Below are positions 1 to 8,028 of a DNA stretch of 64,000 nucleotides, in pieces. A model generated the notes under the pieces. The model had not been told where the DNA came from, did not search any database, and was given only the letters and a program-made list of their open reading frames with translations. Source of the stretch: Porphyromonas sp. (lineage in GTDB: Bacteria > Bacteroidota > Bacteroidia > Bacteroidales > Porphyromonadaceae); contig JBHBLB010000050.1 in the NCBI GenBank assembly GCA_041791495.1, positions 9,522-73,521 on the forward strand. The letters run 5' to 3'. A program made the translations under genes and the position numbers. Within the stretch, counting starts at the first letter, position 1, and each line of letters starts with the position of its first letter.

Positions 1-129
1 GAGCCCTCCGAAAGCTATATATGCGCCGGCAAGCATTGCCGAGACGAATAGTTTGGGGTAGGTAGTGGCCCTCTTCTTGTGTGCAGAAGCGATCGTCTGC
101 TCTACTACTTCGGGAGGTGTTGAGATCAT
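1..129 (-). CDS. Formate/nitrite transporter (FNT) family protein, 5' part only (runs off window start)
   Basis: Not in ORF track. Hand translation from ATG at 129: MISTPPEVVEQTIASAHKKRATTYPKLFVSAMLAGAYIAFGGL, matching the FNT TM1 motif (AxLAGxxIAxG). Confidence 0.8.
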   Translation of the reverse strand, partial: MISTPPEVVEQTIASAHKKRATTYPKLFVSAMLAGAYIAFGGL

Positions 130-204
130 TGAGTTTCTGTATTATTTGGGTGTTATCTGTACTCTAACACTCAGAGGGCACTTTTCGTTCATTGGGGTGC
201 GATA

Positions 205-247
205 AAGAAAAAGAGCGACAGACTCATTCGAGTCTGCCGCTCCTTTT
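205..247 (-). terminator. Intrinsic terminator of the lipoprotein gene 267..656
   Basis: Hairpin agcg(a/g)cagactc-attc-gagtctg(c)cgct with a U-rich tail on the minus strand. Confidence 0.7.
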
Positions 248-266
248 CTCTTAAGGGGAGGATAGT

Positions 267-656
267 TTATTTAGTTTTGAAGTATACGGTGACTTTGACC
301 TTACGTCCCTTTGAGGTGAAGAATATCTCATGTGAGGTATCCTTTACCGGTTTCTTGGCATCTACCAACTTGATTTTGACCGAAGTGTTGCCTTTTCCTT
401 GACCGGGACTTACCGTAAACCACCCGAAGGAGGTGACAGCCGCATCTTTCCCACGTTCGATACCTTTGCCATCGACTCTCCAGTCGTTCTTTGCAAGGAG
501 TTCGACCGAGGCTTCGGGCTTTGTCGCAGTGAGGGTTACGCTTGACCCTTTTACCTGAAGGAAGTCCACTTTACCTTTGTCACAAGAGACGAAGAAAATC
601 GTCATGAGTGCCAGCAAGAGTGTGCCGGCGAATAGCTTGTTCAGCTGTTTCTTCAT
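267..656 (-). CDS. Small lipoprotein with BACON-like domain
   Basis: Lipobox FFVS-C. The DWRV...WFTVSPGQGKGNTSVKI pattern resembles BACON domains. Confidence 0.6.
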   Translation of the reverse strand: MKKQLNKLFAGTLLLALMTIFFVSCDKGKVDFLQVKGSSVTLTATKPEASVELLAKNDWRVDGKGIERGKDAAVTSFGWFTVSPGQGKGNTSVKIKLVDAKKPVKDTSHEIFFTSKGRKVKVTVYFKTK

Positions 657-861
657 ACATGAAATGTTTTAGATTAGTAATTGAATTGTCATATACTAAA
701 TGCAGAAGGGAGTGCAACCTTGCATGTCCCTCTTTAGATTTTACAAGATCCGGTCATAAAAAATCCGTGGTATGGCGGTGAGAATGCCACATAAGCATCT
801 TATAAATATATAGTTATGAAGACAGGAGGGTTAGGGAAGAAACTTGTGTGCCACCGTGCGA

Positions 862-955
862 AAAATTGTAATCAGGGGTGGAAAACTACCTTTCCGCACT
901 TGAAAACTAATAATCAGGGGCTGAAAACTGCTTTTCAGCTCCTGACTACGACTTC
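862..955. repeat. 94-bp modular palindromic intergenic element, copy A
   Basis: aaaattgtaatc-aggggtg-gaaaactacctttc-cgcactt-gaaaactaataatc-aggggct-gaaaactgcttttc-agctcct-gactacgacttc. Confidence 0.9.
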
Positions 956-1033
956 ATATCCCGGTAACTGTAAGTTTATTTCCGTACTTCGGGAACAAGA
1001 GATACCGATATGTGTGCAGGCTCGCGGGAGAAG

Positions 1034-1600
1034 TCAGAGGGGGCGGAGGGTAGATGGATCGACCCGATAGACGACCGTGTGGAGGAGATGTGGCAGGGTG
1101 TCGGGGCGGTCTATGGGGGCAGATATGAGGAGAGACATATCTACGGGGAGAGAGTCGTCGTGATAGGCGGGCTGGAGGTAGGGGATGTCGAGGAGCTCGA
1201 AGCCGTTTCTCTTGTAGAAGTAGAGCCTTCTCTCCGCCCACTCATTGGTACCTGCCGGCTCTGCTTCGAGGACAAGGGGGTAGGGGGTATGCGCTCTGAT
1301 GGCATCGAGCACACGTGAGCCCAGACCGCTGCTCCGCTTATGGGCAGGGACACACAGGTATTCGATGTAGACAAGTGTACCTAAGTCGTGCAGCATGGCG
1401 AAGGCAGAGAGCTCTCCCTCTCTGTCCCTGAAGAGGAGGATATAGAACCCTCCGTCCGCTTCGTCGAGGCGTGCGAGGATACTCTCCCTGCTGCGTCTCT
1501 CGTCGTATGGGAACGCGTTCTCGTACTCCTCCCAGAGGGTCCATTGGAGGTTGCCACTGCGGTGTAGTGCGTCTATGGAACGTATGATGATCGTCTCCAT
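1034..1600 (-). CDS. GNAT family N-acetyltransferase
   Basis: Acetyl-CoA motif YLCVPAHKRSSGLGSRVL and RRLYFYKRNGF. Confidence 0.85.
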   Translation of the reverse strand: METIIIRSIDALHRSGNLQWTLWEEYENAFPYDERRSRESILARLDEADGGFYILLFRDREGELSAFAMLHDLGTLVYIEYLCVPAHKRSSGLGSRVLDAIRAHTPYPLVLEAEPAGTNEWAERRLYFYKRNGFELLDIPYLQPAYHDDSLPVDMSLLISAPIDRPDTLPHLLHTVVYRVDPSTLRPL

Positions 1601-1604
1601 AGGC

Positions 1605-3518
1605 CTACTGCAATGCTTCGAGTTCGATCTGTGCTTCTTCCCACTCCTTCATCAGCTTTTTGTAGAGCTGTTGGAGCTCATCGTACCGGGTGATGACCTG
1701 CGGAGAAGTATCTCCTGCGGAGAGCTTTTCCTCTATCTCAGCCGTCTCTTGCTCTACTTCGGCTATGCTGCTCTCGTAGCGGGAGATGTTCTGTTCGACA
1801 CGTCGTATGGCTTTCTGTTGCTCCTTTTGTCGGGCATAGTCGATCTTCCCAGCGCTCTCTGCTTGTGCGGCAGGTCGAGATGTCGCTCTGAGGGTATCTG
1901 TCTGTTCGTTACGCTCGGCTATCTTGCGCAGGTAGTCCGGCATCCCCCCGAGGTAGTTGATGATCTTCTTGTCCCTGAACTCGATCACCTTGTCCACAAG
2001 CCCGTCGAGGAAGTCTCGGTCGTGGGAGACGATGAGCACCGTACCGTCGTAGTTGCTTATCGCCTCCTTGAGGACCTCCTTGCTGCTGATATCGAGGTGA
2101 TTGGTGGGCTCATCGAGGATAAGTACGTTGCTCGGAGCCAGGAGCAATCGTATCATGGCGAGGCGGCTACGCTCCCCTCCGGAGAGTACTTGCACTTTCT
2201 TCTCGGAGATCTCCCCACCGAACATAAAGGCCCCGAGGATGTCGTTGATGCGGGTACGTATCTCTCCCACAGCCACGTCGTCTATAGTCTGGAAGATGGT
2301 GCGGGTGGGGTCGAGGAGGGAAGCTTGGTTCTGTGCGAAATAACTGACTTCGACCTGGTGCCCTTCCTTGATTGTCCCCTCGTATGGTATCTCTCCCATG
2401 ACAGCGCGTACGAATGTCGTCTTGCCCGATCCGTTTTTTCCCACGAGAGCTATCTTATCGCCGCGCTCTATGGTAAGGTCTATGCCGGAGAGGACATGGA
2501 GATCTCCGTACGAGACCGACAGCCCCTCGGTGATGATGGGATAGGAGCCGGACGGGACAGCCATGGGGAAGCGGAAGTGTATCTTGCGGCGATCTATCTC
2601 GTCGATCTCTATCCGCTCCACCTTCTCGAGCTGCTTGATGCGTGACTGCACCTGCACCGACTTGGTGGCCTTGTAGCGAAAACGCTCGATGAAGTCTTCG
2701 GTATCCTTGATCATCTTCTGCTGGTTTTCGTAGGCCCTTAGCTGTTGTTGGTAACGCTCTTCGCGAAGTATCTGGTAGTGGGAGTAGGAGGCTTTGTAGT
2801 CGTATGCCTTACCGAGGGTGAGCTCTATGGTGCGGGTGGTGGTATTGTCGAGGAACTTCCGGTCGTGCGATACCATGATGACGGCTGCGGGTGTGCTCTT
2901 GAGGAAGCCTTCGAGCCAGATGATCGACTCCATGTCCAGATGATTTGTGGGCTCGTCCAGGAGGAGCAGGTCGGGGCGACTCAAAAGAATCTTGGCAAGC
3001 TCTATACGCATACGCCATCCTCCGCTAAACTCCGATGTCGAACGGTCGAAGTCGCCATCGACAAAACCGAGCCCCTTGAGAGTCTTCTCTATCTCTGCCT
3101 CTTTCCTATCGCTGCCGTAGAGTGCAAGCAGCTCGGTATGGTTGGCCAGACGTTGCACAATCTCCATGTACTCTTCGCTATCGTAGTCGGTGCGCTCGGC
3201 AAGGATGGCGGAGAGATTATCGACCGTGTGCTTGATCTCGAGCTCACGTCCGAAGGCGAGCATTGCCTCTTCCCGTACGCTTCTTTCGTCCTTGGTGAGC
3301 AGGTGCTGGGGAAGATAGCCGATGGTCATCCCTGTGGGGTGAGAGATGCTTCCTTCCGTGGGGGTGATACGTCCGGCGATAAGGTTGAGGAGTGTCGTCT
3401 TGCCGGCACCGTTGCGTCCGGCGAGAGCCACGCGCTCCTTGGGATTGATACGGAGGGAGATGTCGGAGAAGAGAGGATCGGCACCGAAGTAGACCGATAT
3501 ATTGTTGAGAGCAAGCAT
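1605..3518 (-). CDS. ABC-F family ATP-binding protein
   Basis: Two ABC domains (GRNGAGKTT, FSGGWRMR, LLLDEPTNHLD; GKNGSGKTT, LSGGERSR), no TM segments, C-terminal coiled coil. Confidence 0.93.
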   Translation of the reverse strand: MLALNNISVYFGADPLFSDISLRINPKERVALAGRNGAGKTTLLNLIAGRITPTEGSISHPTGMTIGYLPQHLLTKDERSVREEAMLAFGRELEIKHTVDNLSAILAERTDYDSEEYMEIVQRLANHTELLALYGSDRKEAEIEKTLKGLGFVDGDFDRSTSEFSGGWRMRIELAKILLSRPDLLLLDEPTNHLDMESIIWLEGFLKSTPAAVIMVSHDRKFLDNTTTRTIELTLGKAYDYKASYSHYQILREERYQQQLRAYENQQKMIKDTEDFIERFRYKATKSVQVQSRIKQLEKVERIEIDEIDRRKIHFRFPMAVPSGSYPIITEGLSVSYGDLHVLSGIDLTIERGDKIALVGKNGSGKTTFVRAVMGEIPYEGTIKEGHQVEVSYFAQNQASLLDPTRTIFQTIDDVAVGEIRTRINDILGAFMFGGEISEKKVQVLSGGERSRLAMIRLLLAPSNVLILDEPTNHLDISSKEVLKEAISNYDGTVLIVSHDRDFLDGLVDKVIEFRDKKIINYLGGMPDYLRKIAERNEQTDTLRATSRPAAQAESAGKIDYARQKEQQKAIRRVEQNISRYESSIAEVEQETAEIEEKLSAGDTSPQVITRYDELQQLYKKLMKEWEEAQIELEALQ

Positions 3519-3553
3519 CGTTGAGATGTGGGTAATAATGTTGTTAGTAACAG

Positions 3554-3561
3554 CAAAGTTA
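3554..3561 (-). promoter_or_regulatory. Bacteroidetes sigma-A -7 box (TAACTTTG) for the ABC-F gene
   Basis: Exact TAnnTTTG match about 35 bp upstream of the start codon. Confidence 0.6.
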
Positions 3562-3606
3562 CATATTTTGCCTGTCTGTGTGGGTGAAGGGTACGGGAAT
3601 GCCCCT

Positions 3607-3670
3607 AAAAAGGTGCGGTAAAGTCCGGAGAGATTACCGGTAAAGTCTTTGGGTCTTACCGCACCTTTTT
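3607..3670 (-). terminator. Long-loop hairpin, probable aroA terminator
   Basis: 15-bp perfect inverted repeat aaaaaggtgcggtaa / ttaccgcaccttttt with a 34-nt spacer, just past the aroA stop. Confidence 0.6.
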
Positions 3671-3684
3671 CTTCCTTTACAGGG

Positions 3685-5022
3685 TCACTCCATATCGATG
3701 GTGGTGAACTTGCGGAGCTCGTCCCAGAAGCTGGGATAACTCTTTGCGACGCATTCGGGATCTGTTATGGAGACTTTGCAGCGATCGAGTGCTGTAGCTG
3801 CGATAGCGAATGCCATGGCGATGCGGTGATCTTCCCTGCTGTCGATCTCTATTTCTGTGTTTATCGCCATGCTCCCTCTGCTTCCGTGGTAGATGAAGGT
3901 GTCGCCATCGCTGGTGACCTCCCCTATACCGATGCGACGAAGTCCCTCTACTACGGCTTCGATCCTATTGCTCTCCTTGATGGCGAGGGTGGAGAGCCCC
4001 GTGCACTTGATGGGTATCCCGAGCATTGCATAGGTAACGGAGAGGGTAGGGAATAGGTCGGGTGTGAGGGCGAAGTCGAGCTCTGTCATCTTCGCACCGG
4101 GTCGGGGCTCCTTCCCTGTATGGGAGAGAAGGATGCCATCTGTGGTCTCGTGCGTCTGGATGCCGAGAGTTTGGTACATATCGGCTACGACTCTGTCGCC
4201 TTGGATGGCGTTGTGGTAGCTGAGCCCGCGGAGTTCGAGTTGTCGGACTTCGGGGTGAAGTGCAAGGAGTTGGTACCAAAAGGAGGCACTGCTCCAGTCA
4301 TATTCGTACTTGTGGATAGCGTCCGTGAGGTAGCTCTGACCTCCTTTGACGGTGATGAGGTCTCCCTCCCACTTCACTTCGATGCCGTGTCGGCGCATGC
4401 ACTCTATCGTAAGGTCAATGTAGGGGGTCGAGCTGTCGTCTCGGCTCCTCAGGATCCGGGTGTCGCCGCTGACCTTAGGAGCGATGAGAAGTAGCGCACT
4501 GACGTACTGCGAGCTCTGCCATCCTCGTGCGTCTATCCTGTCCTTGCAGTGTAGTTGTTTGCCTTTTATTGACAAAGGCAGGTAGCCTTCCCTGTCGAGA
4601 TACTCTATCTCGGCACCCATTCCTCTGAGTGTTTCGATGAGCGGAGCGATAGGTCTCTGCGATACTTGTGCGCCTCCGGAGATCTCGCTACTCTCTCCGG
4701 AAGCAGCGATGACGGCAGTAAGGAGGCGCATCGCCGTACCGGAATTGCCTACATATAGGCTTTTGGGTATATTAAAATTAGCATTGTATTGCGATGCTGC
4801 CCGCACTTCCTCAATTATATTTTTGAGCACATTGATGTCTTCTGCATATTCTCCTTCAGGATCTGATATAAACGCTTGATTATTAGAAATGATGGAGATG
4901 ATCATTTCTCTTGCAACAATGCTCTTGGATAAGGGTAAGTTTATCTTTTTTGTATATTCGGACCCTATCATTTCTCCCGTAAATGCATGTCTTGGCACGA
5001 TAAAAAATGTATAGTTTGACAA
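3685..5022 (-). CDS. aroA: 3-phosphoshikimate 1-carboxyvinyltransferase (EPSP synthase)
   Basis: LPxSKS, VGNSGTAMR, QRPIAPL, SSQYVSALL, KESNRI and DHRIAMAF motifs. Confidence 0.93.
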   Translation of the reverse strand: MSNYTFFIVPRHAFTGEMIGSEYTKKINLPLSKSIVAREMIISIISNNQAFISDPEGEYAEDINVLKNIIEEVRAASQYNANFNIPKSLYVGNSGTAMRLLTAVIAASGESSEISGGAQVSQRPIAPLIETLRGMGAEIEYLDREGYLPLSIKGKQLHCKDRIDARGWQSSQYVSALLLIAPKVSGDTRILRSRDDSSTPYIDLTIECMRRHGIEVKWEGDLITVKGGQSYLTDAIHKYEYDWSSASFWYQLLALHPEVRQLELRGLSYHNAIQGDRVVADMYQTLGIQTHETTDGILLSHTGKEPRPGAKMTELDFALTPDLFPTLSVTYAMLGIPIKCTGLSTLAIKESNRIEAVVEGLRRIGIGEVTSDGDTFIYHGSRGSMAINTEIEIDSREDHRIAMAFAIAATALDRCKVSITDPECVAKSYPSFWDELRKFTTIDME

Positions 5023-5025
5023 TAA

Positions 5026-5057
5026 TTTGCTTTTTAGGATTTTTGTTTTTACCTTTG
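5026..5057 (+). promoter_or_regulatory. Sigma-A promoter (-33 TTTG, -7 TACCTTTG) for lipoprotein 5131
   Basis: TTTG at 5026-5029, 20-nt spacer, TACCTTTG at 5050-5057. Confidence 0.65.
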
Positions 5058-5130
5058 ATGAGAGTTAAGAGAACGTCTCTGTTTTACTATTTTGCCTTGT
5101 CACTCTGTAAAGCTATGAATTAAGCTCTTT

Positions 5131-5832
5131 ATGGCAAAAAGTAGCAACATATTATTGCTGGTTGGACTCCTTGTGCTGGTGCTGTCGTGTGCACATGATA
5201 AAGTACGGCAAGGGGTGTCGCATCGTCTCTCTCCGGAGAACTATGTCGGTGTGTATGTGGCTTCGATACCGCAGGATGACGGAAGCGTAAAAGATGTGGT
5301 GATGACTCTGAAACGTGATAGCACCATGGTGTATCATTCCGTAAAAAGAGGGCATTCCTTCTCGGTTATTGATATAGAGAGCCGCTTCCTCGTCGATGAA
5401 GATGTGCTGATCTTTGCTATACCGGGTGAGCTTGAAAGGGCATATATGGTAAAAGGCAACGCGCTCGTTGCTCTTGACGATAATGGAAAAGTCGTCGGGG
5501 CGTCGGAGCGAAGGAACGCGATGACGGCTTACGACTTTCAGCTCTACTCCCGTGAGCTTCCGGTCTTCCCGAAAGTTCATAAGTATGTGTCGGGTGATGG
5601 CTCTTGTTTGTTGCTGTTCTTCATGAACGATCTGTACATAGATAACTATGTCAGAATGCAGCCAGGAGAGCTTCCCGAGGTGTCTCTGCTCTTCGTCGAG
5701 ATGAATGAGAGGTACACCAAGTATGCTAATGAAGCATACACGCTCCAGGTCTCTCATGATAGACGGCAGGTAACGCTGCTGGGAGAGACCGGTAAAATGA
5801 CGGCCTTCTTATCCGAACCGGAAAAGAAGTAG
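5131..5832 (+). CDS. Two-domain lipoprotein (NlpE-N-like plus possible MliC-like domain)
   Basis: Lipobox VLS-C. YVGVYVASIP...VVMTLKRDST resembles the NlpE N-terminal domain. The domain call is by eye. Confidence 0.5.
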   Translation: MAKSSNILLLVGLLVLVLSCAHDKVRQGVSHRLSPENYVGVYVASIPQDDGSVKDVVMTLKRDSTMVYHSVKRGHSFSVIDIESRFLVDEDVLIFAIPGELERAYMVKGNALVALDDNGKVVGASERRNAMTAYDFQLYSRELPVFPKVHKYVSGDGSCLLLFFMNDLYIDNYVRMQPGELPEVSLLFVEMNERYTKYANEAYTLQVSHDRRQVTLLGETGKMTAFLSEPEKK

Positions 5833-6239
5833 TAGGGTGGTCAGATAGGATGTTTCGGTTTTGCTCCGTGAGGAGGAGATAGATGTTTTCTCCATCTATA
5901 TATAATTACTTTAGGTTGTTTGATTTGTTTGTGTTGTTCGCCCCCGGTATTTTTTTTAGAGTTTTTATATCGGGGCTTTGCTAAATATGGAACAGCACCG
6001 AAGTGCTTGCGGGTGTGGCGCGTCGATGAAGATACTCCTGATCTTGCAAGCACTTCAACTTTTTTGTTTGGATGACCGTGTTTTTCTGTCAAAATATATC
6101 GCACTCTATTATTCACTTAATAGATGCGATTCTGGAGACTTTCCCTTTCTTTGGGTAAACATATCCGACCTGACCGAGAAAGTGTCCTGTAGCGAATTTA
6201 TGGAGGTCGATTTTTTCACTCTCTTCTGTTAATAAAAAT

Positions 6240-6281
6240 AAATAGCGCAGCCGGTAAGAGACTTTACCGGCTGCGCTATTT
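6240..6281 (-). terminator. Intrinsic terminator of the deoC operon
   Basis: 18-bp perfect inverted repeat aaatagcgcagccggtaa / ttaccggctgcgctattt with T-rich tails. Confidence 0.85.
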
Positions 6282-6308
6282 TAGTTTTGAGGTATCTGAC
6301 CTGTACTT

Positions 6309-7172
6309 TCAGTCCAGGTGCTTTTGGAGGTCACTTACCAGGGAACTTGCTCCAACTCTAAAGAGCTTGTTGTTCATCCATTCCTCTCCGAGGATTTCCT
6401 TTACGATACAAAGGTATTTGATTGCCTCTTCCGTCGTACGTATTCCTCCCGACACTTTGATTCCTCTTTTCTCACCGTACTTCGTCTCGTACTCTTTAAG
6501 TACGCGACACATGGTATATGCTGCCTCCAATGTTGCCCCGGGATATTCTTTCCCTGTCGAGGTCTTGATGAAGTCGGCATCGCAAAAGAGTGACAGGATG
6601 GCCGCACGTTGTATGTTCTCGCTCTTCTTAAGAGCTCCGGTTTCTAGGATAACCTTGAGCCTCTTACCCCTGCATATATCCCTAATCTCCTGGATCTCAT
6701 CTGCCACGTCTTGGTAATTTCCGGCGAGAAAATTACCAAGATGCAAGACAATGTCTACTTCGTCTGCCCCGTCTTCCAGGGCAAGACCTGTCTCAACTAC
6801 CTTAACCTCGATGAATGTTTGGGAAGAAGGGAAGGATCCGGATACACAAGCTATCGCAACATCTTGGACCATCAGGGCCTCTTTTACCGTCTTGACGAAG
6901 TTAGGGTATACACATATCGCAGCAACGGGTGGGATCGAAGGATTGTTTTCATCGAGCTCGTTCACCTGTTTTACGAAGTTGTAGATGTGATCTACGTGAT
7001 CCGTCGGGTTGAGCGATGTAAGATCGACACAGCTATGTATCAATCTTATGTTCTCTTTTGTATTTAGTGCATCGTAGTTTTTCTCGATGATCCTGGCGAC
7101 TTCTGCCTTGATCTCCTCCTCTGTTAGGGGAGCGGAGAAGCCTTCAAACGCTTCTTGAAATTTACTTTTCAT
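6309..7172 (-). CDS. deoC: Deoxyribose-phosphate aldolase
   Basis: AAICVYP, GADEVDIV, LKVILETG, DFIKTSTGK and KVSGGIRT motifs. Confidence 0.95.
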   Translation of the reverse strand: MKSKFQEAFEGFSAPLTEEEIKAEVARIIEKNYDALNTKENIRLIHSCVDLTSLNPTDHVDHIYNFVKQVNELDENNPSIPPVAAICVYPNFVKTVKEALMVQDVAIACVSGSFPSSQTFIEVKVVETGLALEDGADEVDIVLHLGNFLAGNYQDVADEIQEIRDICRGKRLKVILETGALKKSENIQRAAILSLFCDADFIKTSTGKEYPGATLEAAYTMCRVLKEYETKYGEKRGIKVSGGIRTTEEAIKYLCIVKEILGEEWMNNKLFRVGASSLVSDLQKHLD

Positions 7173-7213
7173 ACTCTTTCGTTTGTGTGTATATATTCGT
7201 TTAGTTCTTTCTT

Positions 7214-7582
7214 TTACTTATGTAGTTTAGGATTCCCAGCATGACGATATTTGTCTCTGCGTGTTTTCTTTTCGATGTTCCGCTGATAAGCTTCGGTGAG
7301 GTCGCACCCTGTCTGATTGGCAATCGCAGCGACAATCCACAGGATATCGGCAAGTTCGTCCGCAAGTCTGTCCTTGTCTATTGTCTCGTCCGCCTTTGTC
7401 GATTGGTCTCCGTATAAACGAGACATGACGCGTGCTACTTCGCCCACCTCTTCAGTCAGGATTGCCATATTCGTTAGCGGGGAGAAGTAACGTACCCCAT
7501 AGCTCCTGATCCACTCGTCTACGTCTCTTTGCAGGGCAGATAGGGTAGGGGAGTCGCAGGCAGATATATGATTGTCCTTCAT
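7214..7582 (-). CDS. MazG-like nucleotide pyrophosphohydrolase (YpjD-like)
   Basis: LTEEVGEVAR and ELADILW motifs. Confidence 0.88.
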   Translation of the reverse strand: MKDNHISACDSPTLSALQRDVDEWIRSYGVRYFSPLTNMAILTEEVGEVARVMSRLYGDQSTKADETIDKDRLADELADILWIVAAIANQTGCDLTEAYQRNIEKKTRRDKYRHAGNPKLHK

Positions 7583-8028
7583 CTGTTCTTACTATCTATG
7601 ATAATTGTTACGGGACCGTCGTTGGTAAGGTTCACTTTCATATCGGCACCAAATATACCCGTTTGTATGCGCTTGCCCAAACTTTCGGAAAGTTTTTCGG
7701 TCATTTTCTCATACAGAGGTATAGCTTGTTCCGGTCTTGCCGCGTTGATGTAAGACGGACGGTTGCCTTTGCGGGTGTCTGCAAGCAATGTAAACTGCGA
7801 CACAAGCAGTACTTCCCCTTTACTTTGCGTGATGTCAAGGTTCATGATGCCGTTCTCATCGTCGAATATACGCAATCGAGGTATCTTTTTGAGTATGTAC
7901 TCCAAGTCATCTTCCGTATCATCGACACTGATACCAAGGAGTATCACCATTCCCGCACCTATCTCCGCCACAGCCTTCTTCTCCACCGTGAGGTGTGCAT
8001 CTGCGACACGCTGTATCACTACTTTCAT
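7579..8028 (-). CDS. dtd: D-aminoacyl-tRNA deacylase
   Basis: MKVVIQRV, SQFTL, FGADMKV and NDGPVT motifs. Confidence 0.96.
   Translation of the reverse strand: MKVVIQRVADAHLTVEKKAVAEIGAGMVILLGISVDDTEDDLEYILKKIPRLRIFDDENGIMNLDITQSKGEVLLVSQFTLLADTRKGNRPSYINAARPEQAIPLYEKMTEKLSESLGKRIQTGIFGADMKVNLTNDGPVTIIIDSKNR

Noticed and set aside
862-955. The 94-bp element as a mini-CRISPR array
   Set aside because: The variable parts are only 7 nt and are themselves conserved and invertible. There are no ~30-nt unique spacers, no leader and no cas genes.
1551-2645. 364-aa plus-strand ORF
   Set aside because: Antisense shadow of the ABC-F gene, with no recognisable motifs.
5841-6232. Track ORFs 5841..6116 (-) and 5978..6232 (+)
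   Set aside because: Low-complexity, motif-free translations of an intergenic spacer.
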